A stretch of 64,000 nucleotides of DNA from positions 21,824,001 through 21,888,000 of the forward strand of contig NC_043005.1 in NCBI RefSeq assembly GCF_006345805.1, given 5' to 3'. How positions within the stretch are numbered: position 1 is the stretch's first letter; every line of letters begins with the position of its first letter. This document shows, one piece after another, positions 54,423 through 62,161 of this stretch. This DNA is from Octopus sinensis. Taxonomy: Eukaryota. Both the position numbers and the translations under genes were made by a program. The notes below the pieces were generated by a model. It was given only the letters and a program-made list of their open reading frames with translations. It was not told the DNA's origin and made no database searches.

Positions 54423-57400
54423 CCATCAGTTTTCCATGATAGTATGGGTAGGACAGTTTGACAGGAACTTACAAGTCAAAAAACTTCACCAAGCTCTACT
54501 GTCTGTTTTAGCATGGTTTCTATGGTTGCATACACTTTATAGAGTAAACAGGATGCTTTTTACATGGCTCCAGCACCAAAGAGATCACCACATAGCTTAC
54601 AGACAAGACTCTCAACTGGTGGGGGAGTAGTATTGAGTAGTATGTTGTGTACTTGAAGAGAATCTTGGCTTCCTCAAATGAAGAAGTGAGAGACAAGAGA
54701 AAAATGGTGCAGGTGTGACAGAAGTGGGGGCAGGGGCCATAGACTCATATACAGGGTGATGTGTATAATGGAATAGACCAGGGATCAGAGAGGTGGGTGA
54801 TTGAAAATTAGAATGATGATACAATTCTGTGGAATGAAGGAGGTTCCCTATCAGGAGCCAATTGAAAAACCTCACGATCAACAATCATCAGTAACTCCTA
54901 GGACAAGTGTCCTCTCCAATTAATATTTAAGCACTGTGGGCCACATCTACTTTCACATGAATTTTTTAAAATTCCCTTGAGGAGAGCATCTTCCTCTCTA
55001 TCCTCACAAGGGAAACTTTAAAAATGCAGATTAGGGATTGACTAAAGAGGAAGTCCCCATTGTCAGACCTTTCAACCTCATCCACCACACAACCTTTTTT
55101 GTCATAGCAACAAAACAGAGAAAAACTGCTTTCTCTGCTGGATTAAAAGAACATGTGGGGCAATCATCATGATGGACATAGCTGACAGACTAATTTGAAC
55201 CACACACAATAGCTGCTGTTTGACTTAAGGCTACAAGTCAAAAATGTCTGGACATTCAACATGGATATGTAAAATTAGTTTGTTGCACTGTGCAGATCTC
55301 AGATAGGACTGTCTGATGACACCTCTGTGGCTGTAGATTATATATTGGGCTTTTAGAGCCCTTTGGTAGACTTTTGCCAAGGACTTCAGGAAGTTGTCCA
55401 TAGTATTCTTGGAACAAAAAGTTATCTTTCAAATAAATTTTTTACCTCATTTTAATCAAAATCCAGAGAGTTTCTGAGAATGTCAGTGCTCTTTCCCTCT
55501 GATGAATCTTTTATTAACTACTAGAGTGTAATACCTACCATTTCTATTGCCCAGTTGAGGTTTGATCCATCCAGTATGTTTAGGACTACTTTAGATAACC
55601 TAGCCTTCCTTTTTTCATATAGTGGAGTGTGATTGAGAGAGATTTTCATAATAGGTCTACCAAGATGGGCATCTACACTGGGGGCTTTCAACATGATGGT
55701 CAACAGTAAATATTGAACTTAAAATTGCAAGCTAACAGATATGACATGGTTTATCCTCTTGTATGAATTTTTAATCTTTTTTAGTACCACTTTCTGACAC
55801 TTCAGCTAGTCAAGGTGATGGTTGTGAACAATGCTTGATCCAATGTAAACATATTTATTGCAATAATAGACACTGACATTGACCACCACCACCACCACTA
55901 CTCCTAGATGTTCATGTAGGGCATTGATCACATTAATCTTACAAGTGTAGGAGGGAGTGTGGCTTCAGAATTTCATGACAGCTATTTTTGCCACTGTTAG
56001 CTTATTCAAAGATATGAGGACCACCTCATTGTAATAAGTTATGTATTCATTATTAAGGTAAATGGCCAAACATAATTAGAGAAAGCAATGAAAGTGAGTG
56101 ATATTCATGTCTTACTTAAGAGTAGTGACTGTCTAAGTAAAGTGAACTGACTTGGACAGAGAATCAAATCCATATTACTCACTCAAGCCATGTATATGTA
56201 CCAAGACAACAATGCAGGAAGTTACTCAGGTCATTTCCTGCATGGGAAACGAATAGTGAAGTGGCTACTTATTGAATCAAGGTATTATGATTTCACCCTC
56301 AAAGTCTTGTAAAATTATTGTTAATGACTCATTCATTAAAAGAATAATTTTGATTAATTAATATTTCTTAGCTTGTTACATTAAATTGTGGCTGTCCACA
56401 TTTACTACATATATATTTATTCACCAGACAATGATGAAAGTAAAATTATTTTAGTTTTTCTAGGCGTAATGTTGCAAAATGTGATGGGTTGTAGGCCTTG
56501 TCATGACCAGCCAGATTTAGTTATGTCCTTTTACATTCTGGGTTCAAATCACACTTGGATGTACTTTTGGTTCATAAAGTAAACATTAGTCAAGCAGCAA
56601 AATAGATTTCTTCATATGTATTCTCACTGCAGAATGAGTGGCTTTGGCCACACCAATCCTAAAATATCATTCTAAAGATTACAAGCCACCAATCTCATAG
56701 CTACAAGATAATGCAAGAGTCATTCAAAACTTGAATAAATAAGCTTTACATTAGACAAAATAATTTGAATGCGAAAGGGTTAAGTTAGGAACCATTATCA
56801 TTAATATTGTTACCATCAACAATAATTATAATTATTCTTGGGCGTTGGGCTTCACGGAGGCAAAGGGGCTTGGTTTCTTTCGAGCACTGGTCCTCATGGA
56901 GGCAAAGTGGATAAGTTCCTTTTGAGCATTGGGCTTCATGGTGGCAAAGTGGATGAGTTCCTTTCAAGCATTGGGCCTCACGGAAGCAAAGTGGTTGAGT
57001 TCCTTTCGAGCATTGAGCCTCATGGAGGCAATGTGGCTGAGACTGTTTGGAGTGTTAAGCCTCACAAAGGCAATTACCAAGACCTTTGGCATTATTTTGT
57101 ACTTGAGAAGAAGCCCCATCAAGCTGAGCAAAATCATAATCATGACAGATACTGGTATCATACAAATAGCACCCATGCCAGTGGTATGGAAAAGCACCCA
57201 TTACACTCTCACAGTGGTTGGAGTTAGAAAACCATGCCAAATCATACTGGAGTCTGGTGCAGCCTTCCAGTTTGCCAGACCCGCTCAAAGTATCCAACCT
57301 ATGCCAGCAAGGCATATGTTAAATGATGATGATGATGATTCTTCTTCTGATAAGGAGGTATTCATAGAATCATTTGAACATCAGGCAAAATGTGTTGTGG

Positions 57401-60400
57401 TTTTAGTTCTAGCTCTTTAACTTCGAAGTACATATCCTGCTGATGTTAACTTTCCCCTTCTTGGGCCAATAAAATACAATACTACTCAGGTATATAGTAC
57501 AATGTAATTGACCACATTCTTCCTCAAAGTTTTGGCCTTCTTTCAATGTTAGAAATTATTTTTGTTGTTCAGATCGACTACATCCTCGCCAGAAAGAGAG
57601 AAAGAGGGCTGTTTATAAATGCCAAAACCTTCCCAGGCGAGGAATGTACTCCTCAACATAGATTAGTAGTTAGCGACTTCAGGATCAGGGCCAAATGGCT
57701 GCCCAGAAGAAGACCAGCTCAGAGGAGAAGAGTCTGGAAACTTAAAGGTCCTGTAAATGGACGGAGATTTAGAGAAGTTCTACTCGAAGCTTTCGACGAA
57801 ATAGAAGAGGAAATAGCTTCACATAGTGTAGAAGACAACTTGAGGTTTCTACAGGACAACCTGCTGAGAGCCACTGACCAGATCTGTGGATGGAGCAAAG
57901 TCCCATCTCGTCCCAGGGTAACGTGGTGGTGGAACAATGTTGTAGACAGGGCTATTAGAGACAAGAGACAGGCTTGGAAGGACTGGAGGAAAGGCGGTAG
58001 TAGGGAATTGTATCAGACTGCGAAAAGAGAAGCTAAGAGACAGGTATATTTAGCTAGAGGGGAAGCAGATAGGAAAAAATTTGCCAATGTTCTGCACCGT
58101 GAGGACCAAAGACTTGAGGTGTTTCGTGTTGCAAGACAGTGTGTGAGAGAGAATCGTGATGTGGTAGGAGAGAAATGTGATCGCATGGATGATGGTTCAC
58201 TTGCGCTAAATGAGGATGCAAAGAGAGAGGTTTGGAGATGCCACTATGAAAGGTTGCTCAACAAAGAGAATGAATGGGATAAAGAGAGTCTGCCGAATGT
58301 CGACCCAATAGAGGGACCAGCCATCCGAGTTGACAGTTCCATAGTAGTTAAGGCAATTGGAAGCATGAAGACAGGGAAAGCCCCAGGCCCATCAGGAATT
58401 ACTGCTGAGATGCTCAAAATATCTAGCAGTGTCGGCTATAGCCTAGTCACCCGTATAGTTAACCAGGTGATACACGAAGGAGTCATACCCAATGACTGGT
58501 GTAGTAGCATAATAGTCAACTGTTACAAAGGTAAAGGTGACGCCCTAGATACAAGTAATTACAGAGGTATCAAGCTGTTGGACCAGGTAATGAAGGTTAT
58601 GGAAAGGGTCATGGCCCAACTGATTAGAGAGAGAGTCAACTTGGATGAGATGCAGTTTGGTTTCGTGCCAGGGAAAAGCACCACTGATGCCATATTTCTG
58701 ATAAGACAGCTGCAGGAGAAATACCTAGCCAAAGATAAAATTCTGTACCTGGCTTTCATTGACTTGGAGAAAGCCTTTGACAGGGTCCCCCGTTCCCTTA
58801 TCTGGTGGTCAATGAGGAAACTAGGGATAGATGAATGGTTAGTGAGAGCTATGCGTGCCATGTACAGGGATGCTGTTAGTAAGGTGAGGGTTGGCAACGA
58901 GTATGGTGAAGAATTCCGGGTGGAGGTTGGGGTTCACCAAGGCTCAGTCCTCAGCCCCCTCCTATTTATCATAGTCCTCCAGGCAATAATGGAGGAATTC
59001 AAGACAGGATGCCCCTGGGAGCTCCTCTATGCTGACGACCTTGCTCTAATTACTGAATCACTATCAGAACTCGAGGAGAAGTTTCAGGCGTGGAAGCAAG
59101 GATTAGAATCGAAAGGACTTAGAGTCAATCTAGCTAAAACCAAAGTCCTAATAAGTAGGAAGGTAGACAAATCTCAAACGCCTTCAGGTAGATGGCCCTG
59201 CTCGATCTGTAGAAAAGGCGTAGGTAGGAACTCTATAAGATGCACCAAGTGTAAGCTATGGACACATAAGAGGTGCAGCAATGTCAAAGGAAGGCTAACT
59301 AGGAATATAGTTTTTGTATGTGGCAGATGCTCTGGTGCAATAAACACTGAAAATGCGCAGAGACCATCTTCCGCCACATTCCAGGGAGAAAAACTTGAAA
59401 TAGTTGATAGTTTCCATTACCTAGGTGACCAAGTCAGTTGCGGGGGTGGGTGTGCCGAAAGTGTAACTGCTAGAGTAAGAATAGCCTGGGCAAAGTTCAG
59501 AGAGCTCTTACCTCTGCTGGTGACAAAAGGCCTCTCGCTCAGAGTAAAAGGCAGACTGTATGACGCATGTGTGCTAACAGCCATGCTACATGGCAGTGAA
59601 ACATGGGCCGTGACTGCTGAGGATATGCATAAGCTCGCAAGAAATGAAGCCAGTATGCTCCGTTGGATGTGTAATGTCCGTGTTCATACCCGACAGAGTG
59701 TAAGTGCCTTGAGAGAAAAGTTAGACCTAAGAAGCATCAGATGTGGTGTGCAAGAGAGGCGTCTACGCTGGTATGGACACGTAGTAAGAATGGATGAAGA
59801 TAGTTGTGTGAAAAAGTGCCACACCCTAGCGGTTGAGGGAACCTGTGGAAGAGGTAGACCCAGGAAAACCTGGGATGAGGTGGTGAAGAACGACCTTCGC
59901 TCTTTAGGTCTCACCGAGGAAATGACCAGAGACCGAGACCTTTGGAAGTATGCTGTGCGCGAGAAGACCCGGTAGGACAAGTGAGGCCATAACCCATGGC
60001 CCCTACCTGGGACGTAGTCAGTCCACCTGTGCATACCTTCCTTCTTGGGACACATAACTCTACTTGTGAAGACCTGTTGAAGCAAGTGAAAATCAAAAAA
60101 TCAAAATCGATGAACATCAATGGAATTTGTAGTGTTGTGATACCAGTGCCGGTGGCACATAAGAAAACCATCCGAACGTGGCCATAGCCAGTACCACATC
60201 GACTGGCCTCCGTGCTGGTGGCACGTAACAAACACCATCTGATCGTGGCCATGCCGGTGGCACGTAAAACACACCATCCGAGCGTGGCTGTTCGCCAGCC
60301 TCGTCTGGCACCTGTGTTGGTAGCACATAAAAAGCACCCACTACACTCACGGAGTGGTTGGCATTAGGAAGGGCATCCAGCTGTAGAAACACTGCCAGAT

Positions 60401-61063
60401 CTGACTGGCCTGGTGCAGCCTTCGGGCTTCCCAGACCCCAGTTGAACCGTCCAACCCATGCTAGCATGGAAAGCAGACGTTAAACGATGATGATGATGAT
60501 GATGATGTTAAGTTTCCAATTGTTTCAATCTTGCTTTAATTCCAGCTGCTAAGATCCATTTTGTGAAAGTAAAAGATGCAGTTCTGGATGTATCTGGGAA
60601 AGCATTGTTTCACCAGAAAAATATATCAGCAGATGATTGTGCTACAGTGTGTTTGTCTGATGAAACTTGTTTGTCATTTGAAATAAAGAAGGAAGATGGA
60701 GAATGTTATTTATCAAAGAAAACTGCAACTAAATCCAAGAAAATGAAATCAACCCAAGGCTATGATTATTACCAGCGAATACAACGTAATTATTCTTTGT
60801 ATTTTATTGTTGGATTCTCATTTCCTCTTTTTTTGAAATTTGTGATTCCATTTGTACTTCTACCATGATAGATCGCTAGCCACTAAACATTTTTCTATTT
60901 TCTCTGCCTGTTTATATCTGTGTTCTTTTCTGCTGAAAAGCATAGGCTCGAAACATAAAAGACTTTCTCACTTCTTGAGTATTAAACTAATGCATCTGTT
61001 TGTTGTTTATACAGCTGTCTTCACTTTTTGTAAATTTTCCAAATTCTCACTATATACACTATA

Positions 61064-61146
<83 letters not shown>

Positions 61147-61984
61147 GTATATAATTCTAAGAGAGTTAGAGGTTGTGAATCCAACCAACTAAGGGATAAT
61201 ATCTAGCCAGTATACTGCTGGTAGAATACCCAATTATAAATGCACAAGTGTTTTTTTCATTGCATGGCAATTATATTATTGAGTGTAATAAATGGGTGAT
61301 GGTAAAACGTTATTTTACCCTTAATTTATATAGCAATAAGAAAATGGAGGGGATCAAGAGTTGATATGTATTTATATTTATAACTTAACCTTATGAACTT
61401 TCTAAACTCTCTACTGAAGCCCAGAGACACACCCAAGTACCTTAATCTTATCTACCAAATACTTCAGTTCACTGGAGGGATAAAAGTAGAATGGGGTACT
61501 ATAGCCTCTTGGCTGAAACAGCTGTAAGATTTTACCCTACTTTCTATGTTCTACGTTATATATTTTAATAATTACTGATATTTTTATATTTTATATATTA
61601 TATATGTAAAGCATAATATGTTATACATGTATGTATATTGCTATAATTTGTACATTTGAACAATTTATGCTTTGGACGCTATATAATTTTTAATGTGAGT
61701 GTGTGTGAGAGTATAAAATGTATTTCTTATTTTCTTCCTTTTTTTCCTAGACAAAGATGATGTTTTGATACTTAAAAGCACTTCCGTACCAGGGTATGAT
61801 ACATTTGAGCGGCTGAAAGATGTGAGCTTAAAGGAGTGTGATCATGCTTGTCATCAAAATCCAGGATGTAACTCTTATGAGTATAATGAAAAACTTAAGT
61901 TGTGTGATCAAAGTAATGTGACTCACTTGACTCAGGACCTTGTACCCGACACATGGGAATGGAATACTTACATCATTAACCCAG
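283..61984 (+). CDS. Partial multi-exon gene (16 exons in window, 1107 codons) encoding a large, probably extracellular PAN/apple + sushi (CCP) repeat protein; both ends lie outside the window
   Basis: 16 exons have polypyrimidine-AG acceptors and GT donors, lengths 171/231/234/240 nt, all phase 1-1. The concatenated frame has no stop. Cys spacing matches PAN/apple (C-x3-C-x5-C-x-S-[FY]-x7-C) and sushi (4 Cys, W before the last Cys). There are many N-x-S/T sequons. Confidence 0.88.
2955..4075 (-). mobile_element. Degenerate mariner-family DNA transposon
   Basis: Minus-strand fragments resemble mariner transposase (..[20 protein letters not shown], cf. ELLPxGxTINxxxYxxQL), with many stops and frameshifts; related to 33866-34930. 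Confidence 0.65.
4085..4732 (-). mobile_element. 5'-truncated RTE LINE copy (ORF end + 3' UTR + (GAT)n tail)
   Basis: Reverse complement matches ~59910-60506, including the ORF-terminal RDLWKYA region and the CATGCTAGCATGGAAAGC..TTAAACGATGATGAT tail. Confidence 0.8.
5000..5170 (+). CDS. Exon 2 (Sa): compact sushi/CCP domain
   Basis: caattccag|TT TAC ... TGT AAA G|gtaatg; 171 nt; [56 protein letters not shown] (not shown in this frame by the ORF track). Confidence 0.87.
7400..7645 (-). mobile_element. Old fragment of the PHD-containing RTE RT region (paralogous relic at ~40790-40985)
   Basis: Translation [44 protein letters not shown] resembles the PHD insert of the 57570-59975 ORF. Confidence 0.75.
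7678..7848 (+). CDS. Exon 3 (Sb): compact sushi/CCP domain
   Basis: aatttcag|CT TAT ... TGT GAA G|gtaacg; 171 nt; [56 protein letters not shown]. Confidence 0.87.
11596..11760. repeat. Compound microsatellite (TA)n-(GA)n-(GATA)n-(CA)n
   Basis: Direct reading. Confidence 0.95.
12036..14350 (-). mobile_element. RTE (BovB-like) LINE, 5'-truncated and frameshifted
   Basis: Overlapping minus ORFs carry RT motifs [66 protein letters not shown], a C-terminal [14 protein letters not shown] and [11 protein letters not shown], and an RTE-type 3' end. Confidence 0.88.
14388..14510 (+). mobile_element. RTE endonuclease fragment, inverted relative to the adjacent RTE body
   Basis: + strand reads [39 protein letters not shown], an APE endonuclease motif of RTE. 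Confidence 0.75.
14772..15011 (+). CDS. Exon 4 (B1): PAN/apple type B domain
   Basis: aattccag|TT TCT CAG ... GTT AAA T|gtaatt; 240 nt; [79 protein letters not shown]. Confidence 0.85.
16070..16300 (+). CDS. Exon 5 (A2): PAN/apple type A domain
   Basis: tttttccag|CT GAC ... AAC CCA G|gtgagt; 231 nt; [76 protein letters not shown]. Confidence 0.88.
17160..17575 (+). mobile_element. RTE 3' UTR-derived repeat with (GAT)n-like tail
   Basis: Matches 60140-60506. Further copies lie at about 6700-6900(+), 8515-8650(-), 22478-22690(-), 24770-25100(+), 28860-29300(+), 33465-33714(+), 37953-38113(-), 40110-40250(-), 42030-42185(-), 46580-46978(+), 54392-54600(-) and 56830-57345(+). Confidence 0.75.
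18880..20450 (+). mobile_element. Degenerate Tx1/L1-clade LINE ORF2 (RT region); flanking 18180-18750(+) and 20480-20950(-) may be ORF1 remnants
   Basis: [69 protein letters not shown]; stops and frameshifts. The ORF1 assignment is tentative. Confidence 0.8.
21267..21437 (+). CDS. Exon 6 (Sc): compact sushi/CCP domain
   Basis: tctttcag|TT TAC ... TGT AAA G|gtaaat; 171 nt; [56 protein letters not shown]. Confidence 0.87.
22035..22240 (-). mobile_element. tRNA-derived SINE (paralogous copy at ~53955-54155)
   Basis: Reverse complement has pol III A-box (TGGCAGAAT) and B-box (GAGTTCAAACC) followed by a body seen repeatedly in the window. Confidence 0.6.
25370..25609 (+). CDS. Exon 7 (B2): PAN/apple type B domain
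   Basis: aattccag|TT GCT ... ATA AAA T|gtaatt; 240 nt; [79 protein letters not shown]. Confidence 0.85.
27690..28272 (+). mobile_element. Mariner transposase relic, 3' half with TIR-like end
   Basis: [25 protein letters not shown], a YSPDLAPSD-like motif; ends in AAACTTTTCAGCTGACTTCG-TA. Confidence 0.75.
28388..28621 (+). CDS. Exon 8 (A3): PAN/apple type A domain
   Basis: ttttctag|CC AAA ... AAC CCA G|gtcagt; 234 nt; [77 protein letters not shown]. Confidence 0.88.
29390..30300 (+). mobile_element. Tc1/mariner superfamily relic, maT (DD37D)-like
   Basis: HTH region [27 protein letters not shown], then [27 protein letters not shown]; several stops. Confidence 0.75.
30353..30420 (+). pseudogene. 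tRNA-derived sequence (tRNA-Thr-like pseudogene or SINE head) with a shortened anticodon arm
   Basis: D-stem GCTT/AAGC around AATGGTA, T-arm GTGAG-TTCGAGT-CTCAT, A and B boxes; anticodon arm is ~5 nt short, so not a functional tRNA. Confidence 0.5.
30775..31460. repeat. Degenerate (CA)/(TA)-rich low-complexity tract with an internal ~140 bp tandem duplication
   Basis: 31011-31090 recurs at ~31150-31230. Confidence 0.8.
32816..32986 (+). CDS. Exon 9 (Sd): compact sushi/CCP domain
   Basis: aatttcag|TT AAC ... TGT TAC G|gtaaca; 171 nt; [56 protein letters not shown]. Confidence 0.87.
33866..34930 (-). mobile_element. Degenerate mariner-family DNA transposon
   Basis: [28 protein letters not shown] is the mariner HTH/RSGRP motif; same family as 2955-4075. 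Confidence 0.75.
37182..37352 (+). CDS. Exon 10 (Sa'): compact sushi/CCP domain, paralog of exon 2
   Basis: aatttcag|TT CAC ... TGT AAA G|gtaatg; 171 nt; [56 protein letters not shown]. Confidence 0.87.
41017..41187 (+). CDS. Exon 11 (Sb'): compact sushi/CCP domain, paralog of exon 3
   Basis: aatttcag|TT TAT ... TGT GAA G|gtaatg; 171 nt; [56 protein letters not shown]. Confidence 0.87.
43331..43570 (+). CDS. Exon 12 (B1'): PAN/apple type B domain, paralog of exon 4
   Basis: aattccag|TT TCT ... GTT AAA T|gtaatt; 240 nt; [79 protein letters not shown]. Confidence 0.85.
44530..45350 (-). mobile_element. Gypsy/Ty3 LTR-retrotransposon pol relic (RNase H end to integrase Zn-binding region)
   Basis: [27 protein letters not shown] and (H)[24 protein letters not shown]; no LTRs recognised. 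Confidence 0.7.
46055..46500 (-). mobile_element. SINE-like interspersed repeat (unclassified)
   Basis: GC-richer block bounded by simple-repeat tails and absent from the paralogous intron 15012-16069; family not named with certainty. Confidence 0.45.
47347..47577 (+). CDS. Exon 13 (A2'): PAN/apple type A domain, paralog of exon 5
   Basis: tttttccag|CT AAC ... AAC CCA G|gtcagt; 231 nt; [76 protein letters not shown]. Confidence 0.88.
48795..49290 (-). mobile_element. 3' end of a restriction-like-endonuclease LINE (R4/Dong-like); shorter copy at ~17665-17840
   Basis: Minus strand: [27 protein letters not shown].. and [21 protein letters not shown], typical RLE C-terminal motifs. Confidence 0.65.
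49780..52075 (-). mobile_element. Tx1/L1-clade LINE, 5'-truncated and frameshifted, ORF2 RT to C-terminus
   Basis: [76 protein letters not shown]-terminal [21 protein letters not shown]. Confidence 0.85.
52582..52636 (+). ncRNA. Type I hammerhead-ribozyme-like motif (Penelope-type minimal HHR) with U4C core variant
   Basis: Stem I TAACAAAA-CTGT/ACAG-c-TTTTGTTA; core CCGACGA (52594-52600); short stem II; GAAA (52611-52614); palindromic stem III ACTC-c-GAGT; predicted cleavage after GUA (52623). Confidence 0.55.
53496..53666 (+). CDS. Exon 14 (Sc'): compact sushi/CCP domain, paralog of exon 6
   Basis: tctttcag|CT TTC ... TGT AAA G|gtaaat; 171 nt; [56 protein letters not shown] (missed by the ORF track). 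Confidence 0.87.
57570..60506 (+). mobile_element. Young 5'-truncated RTE-clade LINE: uninterrupted ~800-codon ORF (end of APE, RT with PHD insert) + ~530 nt 3' UTR + (GAT)7
   Basis: QIDYIL..QHRLVV (APE), [84 protein letters not shown]; stop at 59973-59975; absent from the paralogous site near 25330. Confidence 0.93.
60546..60785 (+). CDS. Exon 15 (B2'): PAN/apple type B domain, paralog of exon 7
   Basis: aattccag|CT GCT ... ATA CAA C|gtaatt; 240 nt; [79 protein letters not shown]. Confidence 0.85.
61751..61984 (+). CDS. Exon 16 (A3'): PAN/apple type A domain, paralog of exon 8
   Basis: tttcctag|AC AAA ... AAC CCA G|gtcagt; 234 nt; [77 protein letters not shown]. Confidence 0.88.
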
Positions 61985-62120
61985 GTCAGTAGAGTGTTTG
62001 TTTTTATTTTTTTACTTTGTGTGCTCGCATATCTATATGTTTGCATGTATTTACATATACATGTATGTATGTTTATAATAAGTGTGTATATATATGTGTA
62101 TGTATGTATGCATGCATGTA

Positions 62121-62161
<41 letters not shown>

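Larger units (their letters stand above)
36900..62080 (+). repeat. Copy 2 of the intragenic segmental duplication (exons 10-16 with flanking intron)
   Basis: Offsets to copy 1 exons range from 28.6 to 35.2 kb; same exon order and shared intronic relics. Confidence 0.85.

Noticed and set aside
56830-57060. Tandem 42-nt units or RTE UTR units as a CRISPR-like array
   Set aside because: The units are contiguous and degenerate with no unique spacers, there are no cas genes, and the context is a eukaryotic intron.
57546-57569. ATG at 57546 as the start of an 809-aa protein gene
   Set aside because: The first codons come from host intron that matches the empty paralogous site; the element is 5'-truncated within the endonuclease.
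61495-61535. GAAACAGCTGTA-AGATT as a third hammerhead
   Set aside because: Palindromic stem III and GUA are present, but I find no CUGAnGA core or matching stem I upstream.
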